Assembly: GCA_045863335.1 (NCBI GenBank)
Contig: BTVY01000083.1
Coordinates: 1 to 14,431, forward strand
Direction: 5' to 3'
DNA from: Candidatus Hydrogenedentota bacterium
GTDB lineage: Bacteria > Hydrogenedentota > Hydrogenedentia > Hydrogenedentales > SLHB01
DNA: 14,431 nt
The notes below the pieces were generated by a model. It was not told where the DNA came from. It was given only the letters and a program-made list of their open reading frames with translations, and made no database searches. Positions 1 through 7,826 of the stretch are shown here, piece by piece; positions within the stretch are counted from its first letter, which is position 1, and every line of letters starts with the position of its first letter. Both the position numbers and the translations under genes were made by a program.

Positions 1-39
1 CCCGTGCCAGAACGCGGCTCGATAAGTTGGCAACAGCAT
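1..39 (-). CDS. Possible 5' end of a downstream gene running off the window (MLLPTYRAAFWHG...)
   Basis: Minus-strand ATG at 39-37, 11 nt after the stop of the 51..1310 gene, open to the window edge. No clear RBS and too short to verify. Confidence 0.2.
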   Translation of the reverse strand, partial: MLLPTYRAAFWHG

Positions 40-50
40 GAATCAATACA

Positions 51-1310
51 CTAGAGGTCCCGCGCGATGGCGTGAACCAGAACCGACTGCTGTCCCTTTT
101 CCTGGAGCGACTGGTCCAGAAAGGCGATCTCTTCCTGATCGACAATGGTGTAGGGAAACTCCTTCACCCCCTTTTTGTCGAGGGTGAAGACGAGGGATTT
201 TTCGAAAGGCGTCTTGCCCGCGGCGACCACCTGGCACCCGAGGGACACGTTGTCTTTCAAGGGGGTCTCGCTGGTGATCGTGCGCTTGGCGTACGCGGAG
301 TGGATGTTTGCCCCGGCGATCTTGTACGTACCCTCCATGTCCACGCGGGTGCCGTCCGCGCTGCCGCCCTTCAGGCGGTAGCCGGGGTCCTTGCCGCGAT
401 GGAGGCCGCGCACGTAGGTGACCTGCTTTGAATCCAGCCGCCCCACCCCTTTTTCGTCACTGCTGGATTCCGTGGTCATCCGGTACTCGAAGACTTCATA
501 CCCGCCATCCGGTTCTTCCAGAACGACAAACATGGTGTCGTCGTACCGCTGGTTGGTGTTTTCCGGGAGGAGGCCTTCCGTCAGGTCCAGCCCCCGAATC
601 GCGATGACGTTGGCGACGCGTTTGCTGCCATCCCCGGATACCCACCCGCCGCCCTTGAGGCCCACGATGAGCCGGGTTTCCATGGCAATCGCAGCGGCGC
701 CGTCCCCCGTGTAATGCCGCGCAAAAACACTCGTCTCCGCAGGAGCGATTGGGGAGGGCACGTCTGTATAAAGCGCGAGGGTCAAATCTTCCTCACCCAC
801 CAGGGCGTGCATCTTGGCGCGATTGGCTGGGACGGTCAGTTTGCGCAGTTCCCGGGTTTCTACGGGCACGTCCACGGTAACTGTCTTGCCGGAATCGTCA
901 ACCGCCTCGAGCCCGACAGATTCGACTTGGGGCGCGGCCGGCACGCCAAAGTCCTGCTCGATGCGCGCCATCAGATCTTCGTGGACTTTCTCCCGGAATA
1001 TCTTGATGAGTTCCCGCGCGCGCTGGGCCAGCGCCTCCCGCGACAAGGGTTCCAGGCGGTTCTGGTTGCCGCTCTTCCCGGTGCCGGCTGCCCGGTTTTG
1101 GCCGTCCCGCTCGCGGAGCTGCGCTTCGACATACGCGCGGATTTCCTGCCGAAGCTCATCCGCGCTTAGTTCCATCAGTTGGGGCGCCGCCTCGACGGGT
1201 TCCTCTTTCGGTGCGTCTGCCTTTTTCGGGGAAGTGCTGGCGCACCGGGCGCTCGACAGAACCAGGACAAGCACGAGCCCCGCGACGTGAATGCTTCGAA
1301 ATATCCCCAT
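51..1310 (-). CDS. Exported (possibly lipid-anchored) hypothetical protein, 419 aa, with a C-terminal YkuD/L,D-transpeptidase-like His/Cys domain
   Basis: C-terminal part of track ORF 51..2216. Start reassigned to ATG 1310, preceded by GGAG-TTGGATT. N-terminus MGIFRSIHVAGLVLVLVLSSARC is signal-peptide-like, followed by a K/E/P/A-rich linker. C-terminal motifs NVIAIRG, NQRYDD, MTT, GLHRG, GANIH-x18-SLGCQV. Confidence 0.75.
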   Translation of the reverse strand: MGIFRSIHVAGLVLVLVLSSARCASTSPKKADAPKEEPVEAAPQLMELSADELRQEIRAYVEAQLRERDGQNRAAGTGKSGNQNRLEPLSREALAQRARELIKIFREKVHEDLMARIEQDFGVPAAPQVESVGLEAVDDSGKTVTVDVPVETRELRKLTVPANRAKMHALVGEEDLTLALYTDVPSPIAPAETSVFARHYTGDGAAAIAMETRLIVGLKGGGWVSGDGSKRVANVIAIRGLDLTEGLLPENTNQRYDDTMFVVLEEPDGGYEVFEYRMTTESSSDEKGVGRLDSKQVTYVRGLHRGKDPGYRLKGGSADGTRVDMEGTYKIAGANIHSAYAKRTITSETPLKDNVSLGCQVVAAGKTPFEKSLVFTLDKKGVKEFPYTIVDQEEIAFLDQSLQEKGQQSVLVHAIARDL

Positions 1311-1417
1311 AATCCAACTCCGGTCTGTGTCTCGCGCGACGATCTCGTAAGCCCCGTTCATTATGCAGCAAGCGGGAAGAAAAATCCTCGCCATCGTTTG
1401 CCCTCGCACGCGCCCGG

Positions 1418-2365
1418 TCAGTAGATGTCGTGGAAGAACCGCACCATGTGGAAGAACAACGGGGCCACGTAGATCAGGCTGTCGAGCCGGTCGAGAATGC
1501 CGCCGTGGCCGGACATAAGAGCGCCCATGTCTTTGATGTGAAGGTCGCGCTTGATGACGCTGATGGAGAGGTCGCCCAATTGCCCTCCGATGCCCACGAT
1601 GAGTCCGGTCAGGATGCATTCGAGGACTCCGAAGTGGGGGAAGGAAAAGTGGAGCACCCAGGGCAGCGCCATCGACACGGCCAAGGCGCCCAGCGCGCCT
1701 TCCCACGTCTTCTTGGGGCTGATCTCGCTGCGCAGCGGGTGTTTGCCAAAGGCCTTGCCGCAGGTGTAGGCGGCCACATCGTTCACTTCCACGGCTAACA
1801 GGAGGTACATGAGGTAGCCATACGCGTGCGTGGAATTCGCGAGAAAAATCACGTGGCCGAACATCCACCCGATGTAGACGAACCCCACCACCGCCAGCGC
1901 AATCGCCTGCAATTGTCCCTTCACCCGGTTGCGCAGGATGGGGATGAGCAGGATCAACGCGATGACGTACGCCGGAAAGATGGAAAACAGTCCATACCAA
2001 CCGGGCACGTCGAGCCGTGGATTGTGAACGACGGATACGACGCCCACCCCGATGATGCCCAGGTAGACCGCGCCGGTCATGCCCCAGTCTTCGTAGAGTC
2101 CCGTAGCGCGCGCGAACTCTTTGAAACCGAAAACGGCAACGGCGGTAAAGAAGACGATGGTGGGGATACGGCCGAGAAAGATGCACAGTAACAGCAGGGG
2201 GATCATGACCAGCCACCCGCGGTACGAGGCCCAGGGATGGTTCATGTCCTTCTTAAATCCCCATTTCAGGATCGCGATGGCGCCGCCTGCGAACACCAGC
2301 AAGCCCAGCGTGATCGCCACGTAGACCTGAAAGACCGTGCTCTGAAGCGCCGCGTTGGGCGACAT
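1418..2365 (-). CDS. Phosphatidate cytidylyltransferase family protein (CTP_transf_1; YnbB/CdsA-like), 315 aa
   Basis: Polytopic hydrophobic protein with family signatures ISPKKTWEG and GDLSISVIKRDLHIKDMG...GHGGILDRLDS. RBS AAGGGGG upstream; starts 4 nt after the stop of the previous gene. Confidence 0.93.
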   Translation of the reverse strand: MSPNAALQSTVFQVYVAITLGLLVFAGGAIAILKWGFKKDMNHPWASYRGWLVMIPLLLLCIFLGRIPTIVFFTAVAVFGFKEFARATGLYEDWGMTGAVYLGIIGVGVVSVVHNPRLDVPGWYGLFSIFPAYVIALILLIPILRNRVKGQLQAIALAVVGFVYIGWMFGHVIFLANSTHAYGYLMYLLLAVEVNDVAAYTCGKAFGKHPLRSEISPKKTWEGALGALAVSMALPWVLHFSFPHFGVLECILTGLIVGIGGQLGDLSISVIKRDLHIKDMGALMSGHGGILDRLDSLIYVAPLFFHMVRFFHDIY

Positions 2366-2369
2366 GCCG

Positions 2370-3035
2370 TTAGTCCCCCTTGTGCTTCTCGCGCAGGGCG
2401 CGCATGATGCGGGCGAGCCGGATCCAGATGGTCTGAAGACACCCGGCGATAATCGCGAGGTGGGTCCAGTCCAATACCGTCAGCCCGCCGAACGCGATCC
2501 GTCCGCCGCCCCACCAAATCAAGCCGAGCGTGATCCACGCGCCCGCGTGGAGGGCGACCATGCGCCAGGGCTTTGACATGATCCCGCTGAACTCCCGTTG
2601 CACACCGACCGCCTGGCCGAAGGTGCCGACGTAGGCGACCAGCAACGCGAAGATGGCCGCCCAGTACCCGCTCTCGATGTGGCACAGCCCGCTGTGCGCC
2701 ACGCCCACGAAGATGAGCACATCGGAAACGCGGTCGGGCAAATCGTTCAGGATTTCGCCGCGCACGCTGGCCTTCCCCGAGGCGAGCGCCACCATGCCGT
2801 CCAGCATGTTTAGCCAGAGGCGCAGGTAACAGAATCCGGCGGCCGGAATGAGCAGCGCGGGGATCGATCCGGACTGCCAGAAGCAGAATCCCGCCGCGGC
2901 GGCCGCCACCACGGAGCCGTAGGAGACCGCGTCGGGATGAATCCCCAGACGCACGCACACGTTTACGGGCCCGTGGGCAGTCGCGCGAAACGCGTCGCCG
3001 ATCGGTCGCCGGGACGTGGGTTGATAGTCCGACAT
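2370..3035 (-). CDS. CDP-alcohol phosphatidyltransferase family protein (YnbA-like), 221 aa
   Basis: Motif LNMLDGMVALASGKASVRGEILNDLPDRVSD is a variant of DxxDGxxAR...GxxxDxxxD. Membrane-protein hydropathy; GAGG RBS; starts 5 nt after the upstream stop. Confidence 0.9.
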   Translation of the reverse strand: MSDYQPTSRRPIGDAFRATAHGPVNVCVRLGIHPDAVSYGSVVAAAAAGFCFWQSGSIPALLIPAAGFCYLRLWLNMLDGMVALASGKASVRGEILNDLPDRVSDVLIFVGVAHSGLCHIESGYWAAIFALLVAYVGTFGQAVGVQREFSGIMSKPWRMVALHAGAWITLGLIWWGGGRIAFGGLTVLDWTHLAIIAGCLQTIWIRLARIMRALREKHKGD

Positions 3036-3040
3036 GTCCG

Positions 3041-3823
3041 CTATTTCCTCTCGATTTTCGCAGACGCGGTTTCCTCTCCGCCGTCTTGTCGCGTTTGCTT
3101 GGTGCCACCGTTTGGCGCGAGCGACGCCACGGCGTCTTCCAGTTCCGACGTAATTTGAAGCGCGGACTGTTTACCCGGTTTTAATTCCGAATACACGCGC
3201 GGAGTTCCGATGAACAGGCGGACGCGCCGCGGTCGCGGTATCCACTTGCCCTTGGCCCAGGCGTCATGGGCGCCGTCGATATAGCACGGCACCACGGGAT
3301 ACGGCGTACCCGCGAGCAGGAGGCCGATGCCGGGTTTGAAGGGGTGCATGACGCCGTCGAGCGAGCGCGTCCCCTCCGGAAAGATCACCAGCACGTTTCC
3401 CGGATTCGACAACAACCCCGTGCATAATCCGAGGCTGTGTTTGATTCCCACCTGCCGGTCGAAGGGCAAGGCGTTGACGACACCCGCCGCGAAGGCCACG
3501 CGCGGCAGGCTCACGAAGAAGTAATCTTGTGCGGCCGCGGGAAAGACCCGGTGCAGTTTGGTCATGGGAAAGGCCATCAGTAGCGCGAACACGTCGAGGT
3601 GGCTGCTGTGATTCGCCACGACGACGAAAGACCCCTCCCGAGGCAGGTTTTCGCATCCGGTAACGCGAAACCGGTGATACGCGCGCATCCAGGTTCGTAC
3701 GAGGGCCATCGCCGCGAGACGGCCGCCGTAGACCAGCATGTCGGGACGCCGGGGAAACTGGCGCAGCCGGTCCGCAAGCGACCGGTCGAGATCATCCGCG
3801 CAATGGTATTCCCAAGGTTCCAC
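3041..3823 (-). CDS. Lysophospholipid / 1-acyl-sn-glycerol-3-phosphate acyltransferase family protein (PlsC-like), ~260 aa
   Basis: Catalytic HX4D motif ANHSSHLD and motif IFPEGTRS. GTG start at 3823; exact start uncertain because the RBS is weak. Confidence 0.9.
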   Translation of the reverse strand: MEPWEYHCADDLDRSLADRLRQFPRRPDMLVYGGRLAAMALVRTWMRAYHRFRVTGCENLPREGSFVVVANHSSHLDVFALLMAFPMTKLHRVFPAAAQDYFFVSLPRVAFAAGVVNALPFDRQVGIKHSLGLCTGLLSNPGNVLVIFPEGTRSLDGVMHPFKPGIGLLLAGTPYPVVPCYIDGAHDAWAKGKWIPRPRRVRLFIGTPRVYSELKPGKQSALQITSELEDAVASLAPNGGTKQTRQDGGEETASAKIERK

Positions 3824-3864
3824 AGCGGTATCTTCGCGCCCCGATTACACCGTTTCTATCATGC

Positions 3865-3892
3865 AGGCTACCTTACTGGCGCGAGTGTACAA
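3865..3892 (-). promoter_or_regulatory. Candidate sigma70-type promoter for the lipid module
   Basis: Minus strand TTGTAC-N16-TAGCCT, about 40 nt upstream of the acyltransferase start. Only a partial consensus match. Confidence 0.25.
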
Positions 3893-3948
3893 CACGGCTT
3901 CCGCACGCCACAACGATTACAGTCGCAATTGTAACGCTTCTAACAACG

Positions 3949-4653
3949 CTATTGGCCGCTGCCCTGCTGGGCTTGAAGATGCAGTTCCTCGTAAGGCTGG
4001 ACCACGACGAAGCCGTTCCCCTGGAACGCCATCTGGATCGACTCGCCGCTGCCGCGACCGAAGAAGGTTTTGAGGGACACGTCGGTCTTGAACTCGGGTT
4101 GCAGCGTGCCGGACCAGGCGATGGTCGCATTGGGATCGGTGTAAACCGGGTGAGTGCCGTCCACGCGAAGCGTCATGGGATCGTAATGGGACGTGATGGC
4201 GACCATGCCGGTGCCTTCGAGGCGCACGTTGAAGAGCCCGCCGGAGAGCATGGCGGCGACCTTCCGCATAAGCTTGATGTCCCACTGGATCGACGGCTCG
4301 AAGGCGAGGAGATCGTTGCCGTTGACGTGAATGGCTTCGTTCTGGAGATTCAAGATAATGATCTTCTTGCCCGTGTCGGCGAGGTATACCGAACCCTGGC
4401 CTTCCATCTTGGTGAGCTTTGTGCCTTCGCCGGTGAAGGATCGTTTGAGGAGTTTTCCCACACCGTGTTCGAGCACGCCTTCCCGCGTGAACTTTACGTT
4501 GCCGCGGTATGCCACCATCGCGCCGGTCTTCATCCAAACCGTGCCGTTGAGATTGACCTCGAGCATCCGGTCCGTTTCGAGTTCAAACAACCCCTGACCC
4601 CGTTCCCGCTGACCGGTCTGTTGCACGAACTCATTAAGCGAATAGCGCGCCAT
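3949..4653 (-). CDS. AIM24 family protein, 234 aa
   Basis: Start reassigned to ATG 4653 (strong RBS GGGAGG). Three-fold repeated beta architecture with typical motifs MKTGAMVAY, TGEG..L..MEGQGSVYLA, GGLFNVRLEGTG, GRGSGE...FQGNGFVVVQPYE. Confidence 0.88.
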   Translation of the reverse strand: MARYSLNEFVQQTGQRERGQGLFELETDRMLEVNLNGTVWMKTGAMVAYRGNVKFTREGVLEHGVGKLLKRSFTGEGTKLTKMEGQGSVYLADTGKKIIILNLQNEAIHVNGNDLLAFEPSIQWDIKLMRKVAAMLSGGLFNVRLEGTGMVAITSHYDPMTLRVDGTHPVYTDPNATIAWSGTLQPEFKTDVSLKTFFGRGSGESIQMAFQGNGFVVVQPYEELHLQAQQGSGQ

Positions 4654-4730
4654 AGCGAAGTTCCTCCCTGGGGGTTGGTTGTGCGGTTCGTCCTTGATGG
4701 TAACGGGCGCGGGGAGAAGGTGCAATTAGG

Positions 4731-4856
4731 GAATAGGACCTATGGGACCAATAGGACGTATAGGACGCGTTGGCCGCGGATCCAGATTCCAGGTACAGTC
4801 TTCGTGGCAATCTCTTCGCCCATGTCCTGGTCCTATGGGTCCTATAGGTCCTATTC
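4731..4856. repeat. 126-bp intergenic element with inverted arms built from tandem 9-mers (REP/MITE-like)
   Basis: Left: AATAGGACC TATGGGACC AATAGGACG TATAGGACG (4732-4767). Right: GGTCCTATG GGTCCTATA GGTCCTATT (4829-4855). Arms 4731-4758 and 4829-4856 are reverse complements at 25/28 positions. Confidence 0.9.
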
Positions 4857-4867
4857 GCGCCCCTCCG

Positions 4868-7717
4868 CTACTCCCCAAACGCCTCCCCGGCCGTGGTTAT
4901 GGTGACGCGCGCGTGAAGTGTCGCGCCATCAGGCGCCTCACTCCTGAACTCCGCCGCGTTCGCGCCGGGTTGGAGCATGGGCGCGTCCCCGCCGGTCGTG
5001 CCGCTCGTGAGGCGTTCGCCGTTCTTGTCGCAGACGATGTACGCGTTGGGCGGCGTGAACTCGAGCATGTGCCCGCTCTCCAGCGTAACGGGGAACGTGA
5101 CGCGCTGGCCGTTCAAGGCCAGTTCCGGATTGGCAAAGGTGATCGTCTTGTGCGGAATGCTGCGAATCTGACCCAGAAACACCTGCACCTCTTCGCCCGG
5201 AGGAAGGTCGTTCAGCGCGAGATGCAGTTCGCCGATTTGCCCGTAGTTGAGATGGGCGTGGTAGACGGGATAGGCGAATCCCATGGCCGACGCGAGATTG
5301 TCCTCCCATTCGCTGCGCGGCCGCGAATACGGCCATTCGTACTCTTCGATGGCGTAGTCTTCCGTGTCGATCAATTCCACGTACCGCCAACCCGTGAAGT
5401 CCAGGCGAACGTAATGTTCCGTCAATGCAAACGTCACATGTTTGGGCGAGCGGATCTGCACGTTCAATAGCGCGCCTTTGCCGTCGCCGTGCACCCACAA
5501 GCCAAGCCCCCGGCCACTCAGGTCGACGGGAGGCTCGAACAAACGCGTGACCGTCACCCACGCGCGGTGGCGTTCGGCGCCCTGGTTCGTCGCGGCGATG
5601 CATGCGCTGACCGGCGCGTCCTTCACGGGCGTGTCGACAACGGAGAAGGTCGCTGTGACGCCGTCGTTGCATTGCACCGGACCGTATGCGGCCGGGTCCG
5701 AGAAGTCCTCAATCAACGCCGAGTCTGGCGCATCGTACGGCACTGCGGAAAGCTGCGTTTCGATGGTGATGCGCGGCGCCTGTTCTCCGTGGGGGTTGTT
5801 GATTCTCCACGCGTCGGCGCCGTCCGTCGACGCGATGTCGTGTCGCGCAAACGCGACCGGACGAAACGCGTACGTGCCATCGGGTCCGTCTTCGAGATGG
5901 AAGGCCTGCCCCGGTGTGGCGAGCCGGTCGCGCACGGCTTGCGGCACTTTGCCGGAGAGGCGCAATGTCTCGTAGCGGTTAATGATCGAGCCAAGGCGCT
6001 GCTGATTAAAACTGTCCGGATACGTTTGCGGCGAGAATCCCAGCAACAGGGAAAGGCTGCTGTCGGTGCCGAGGGCCTTGCCACAGATGTATTCCACGTC
6101 CACCGGGAGCGACCGCTTCGGCTGCACGCCGCTCCACGGGAAGATGCCCCACCACCCCAGGTTCGTTGGGAGGAAGTGCTTCTTCCATTCGCTGTTGGAC
6201 AACACGTGGATGTCCGCGAAGGTGTGGGGCGCGCGTTGGCAGGCATCCCACGCGCCCATGCGCGAGCGCACCGCCCAGAGGTGATGGCCGAAGGTGCTCA
6301 TCTCCATCAACGGCGCGTTGTCCAGTTGCCGCACCAGTTCATAGGTGAACTTGGCCCCGTAGTACCAGGCAAACTGGCCGCCGCCCTTCAGGTCGATGAC
6401 ATCCGATCCATCCAGCGCGTCCATGTACATCATGTCGAAGCCGCACTCGTTATAGGTCTTCGCCGTCTCCGCGATGACCTTGTCGAACAGCTCAGAATCG
6501 GGGTCCGGCGCGAAAAGCCCGAAACACTCCTTGAGATGGTAGACCTTCGCATCCTTCGCGTGGGCCGCCGCCGTGGTCCCCAGCGCGCCACGCTCGCATT
6601 CGGTGAACGCAAAAGGCGGTTCCTTGGACACGCCGCGGAATACGATCAATTCGTCGTCGATTTGAATCGTCGCGCTGTTGCGGTGGTGGAACCCCGTCAA
6701 CGGCGACATGTTCTCCGTCGATTCCGCGACGGGCACGACCGCGTCTTCGGCCGTGAGATCGTTGGCGAGGGTAAACTCGGCGTTCTTCGCAAGGCCCGGA
6801 TCGGGCACCGGCGTTACCCAGGGCGTATCTTTCGCTAGAAACATGGCGTAGGTGTGCAGACCCACCGCGATGCCCGCCTCGTGGAGCCGGTCCACGACCG
6901 CTTTCAGACTGGCCCGGCCGTTCGGGTACTCCTTCGGATTCGGCGCGTAGTCGCCAAACCGGAACGCGTAGCCCGCGTGCAGATCGAGCTGATCGACCCC
7001 CAGACCGTTCAACATGGCAATCCAGGAATCCACGGTTTCTTCATTGACCTTGCCCGAGGTGTCAAGGAAGTAGGACTGGTGATTGATCTCCGCATCCAGC
7101 GCCCAGGGACCGCCCTTGTCGGAATTCGGAATCGCGTCGGCGCTGGCAACCGCGTCTTTCAACGCGTCGCGCAGTTCACCGGATGGACACGCGACGATGG
7201 CCACCGTAGCGCCTTCCATGCCAAGCTTGGCAAAACATTTCGCCCCCGATAGCGTCGCTGTGTGCCCCGGAATCTCCGCGCAATAGGTTTCCAGGTTCAA
7301 GGCCAACGGGCTTACGGCAAAGGGTTCGTCAAGCGCCCCCGCCAGGGTCAGAGGAATGGTTGCGAAGTGCAGTTCCTGCAACCCTTCCGTGGCGCCGCGG
7401 AGCGAGACCAGTTCGAACTCGAGCCGCCGCGCTTGCGGAGTCACGCGAAACGCCGCTTCGCGACCGCCGTCGCCAAACTGGATGTGCAGCAACCCATCAT
7501 CCAGTCGCGCCGCCGTCGCCGGACGCGCTGTGTCGTCGATCCAAGTCGCGAAAGGCGTTGCGGCCGCGGCGTTGCAGTAGTCGGTGCCTGTAGCCTTGTC
7601 CACAAACGCTACGCTCGTCGCTGCGGGTGACAGCGCGTAGCGAAACGAATCGGTCTCAAACACCAACGGCTCCGCCGCTGCGCCCAAACTTGCCAGAACG
7701 ATCAGTACTGCTGCCAT
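4868..7717 (-). CDS. Large secreted putative glycoside hydrolase (TIM-barrel, clan GH-D/GH101-like features) with a C-terminal CBM11/CIA30-like beta-sandwich, 949 aa
   Basis: Start reassigned to ATG 7717 (RBS GAGGAAGGG); short signal-like N-terminus MAAVLIVLASLGAAA-EP. Motifs YPNGRASLKAVVDRLHEAGIAVGLH and GFDMMYMDALDG resemble GH27/36/101 barrels. DLSGRGLGLWVHGDGKG...LDFTGWRYVEL resembles CBM11-type modules. The CDS is secure; the family is not. Confidence 0.7.
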   Translation of the reverse strand: MAAVLIVLASLGAAAEPLVFETDSFRYALSPAATSVAFVDKATGTDYCNAAAATPFATWIDDTARPATAARLDDGLLHIQFGDGGREAAFRVTPQARRLEFELVSLRGATEGLQELHFATIPLTLAGALDEPFAVSPLALNLETYCAEIPGHTATLSGAKCFAKLGMEGATVAIVACPSGELRDALKDAVASADAIPNSDKGGPWALDAEINHQSYFLDTSGKVNEETVDSWIAMLNGLGVDQLDLHAGYAFRFGDYAPNPKEYPNGRASLKAVVDRLHEAGIAVGLHTYAMFLAKDTPWVTPVPDPGLAKNAEFTLANDLTAEDAVVPVAESTENMSPLTGFHHRNSATIQIDDELIVFRGVSKEPPFAFTECERGALGTTAAAHAKDAKVYHLKECFGLFAPDPDSELFDKVIAETAKTYNECGFDMMYMDALDGSDVIDLKGGGQFAWYYGAKFTYELVRQLDNAPLMEMSTFGHHLWAVRSRMGAWDACQRAPHTFADIHVLSNSEWKKHFLPTNLGWWGIFPWSGVQPKRSLPVDVEYICGKALGTDSSLSLLLGFSPQTYPDSFNQQRLGSIINRYETLRLSGKVPQAVRDRLATPGQAFHLEDGPDGTYAFRPVAFARHDIASTDGADAWRINNPHGEQAPRITIETQLSAVPYDAPDSALIEDFSDPAAYGPVQCNDGVTATFSVVDTPVKDAPVSACIAATNQGAERHRAWVTVTRLFEPPVDLSGRGLGLWVHGDGKGALLNVQIRSPKHVTFALTEHYVRLDFTGWRYVELIDTEDYAIEEYEWPYSRPRSEWEDNLASAMGFAYPVYHAHLNYGQIGELHLALNDLPPGEEVQVFLGQIRSIPHKTITFANPELALNGQRVTFPVTLESGHMLEFTPPNAYIVCDKNGERLTSGTTGGDAPMLQPGANAAEFRSEAPDGATLHARVTITTAGEAFGE

Positions 7718-7769
7718 CTGATTAGACCCTTCCTCGAAGATGTCAACGCCGTTTCTCCCCCCTTGACGG

Positions 7770-7826
7770 TAGCACTCTGTGAAGACGTTTCTCCACAGCA
7801 ACCGCGCGCGTCTTCGAAGAGTGGTA
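7770..7826. promoter_or_regulatory. Imperfect 18-bp inverted repeat in the divergent promoter region (candidate operator pair)
   Basis: TAGCACTCTGTGAAGACG (7770-7787) versus CGTCTTCGAAGAGTGGTA (7809-7826): 15/18 complementary, 21-nt spacer. Confidence 0.45.

Noticed and set aside
1311-2216. N-terminal ~300 aa of the 721-aa ORF 51..2216, suggesting an overlapping gene or frameshift fusion with the cytidylyltransferase
   Set aside because: Arg/His/Gly-rich off-frame read of the real 1418..2365 gene, typical of GC-rich DNA. A good RBS and signal peptide at 1310 explain the true gene, and no slippery site was noticed.
4732-4855. Repeat array as a CRISPR or iteron array
   Set aside because: Units are 9 bp, directly abutting, with no spacers and in two opposite orientations; no cas or rep gene is nearby.
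3952-5470. Plus-strand ORFs 3952..4905 and 4742..5470, the latter with GPIGRIGR/GPMGPIGP collagen-like repeats
   Set aside because: Antisense shadows of the AIM24 and GH-like genes. The G-x-x periodicity is simply the translation of the 9-bp DNA repeats.
7741-7768. TTGACA on the minus strand (7746-7741) and TTGACG on the plus strand (7763-7768) as -35 boxes
   Set aside because: Neither has a convincing -10 at 16-18 nt; the minus-strand one would put the start site inside the coding region.
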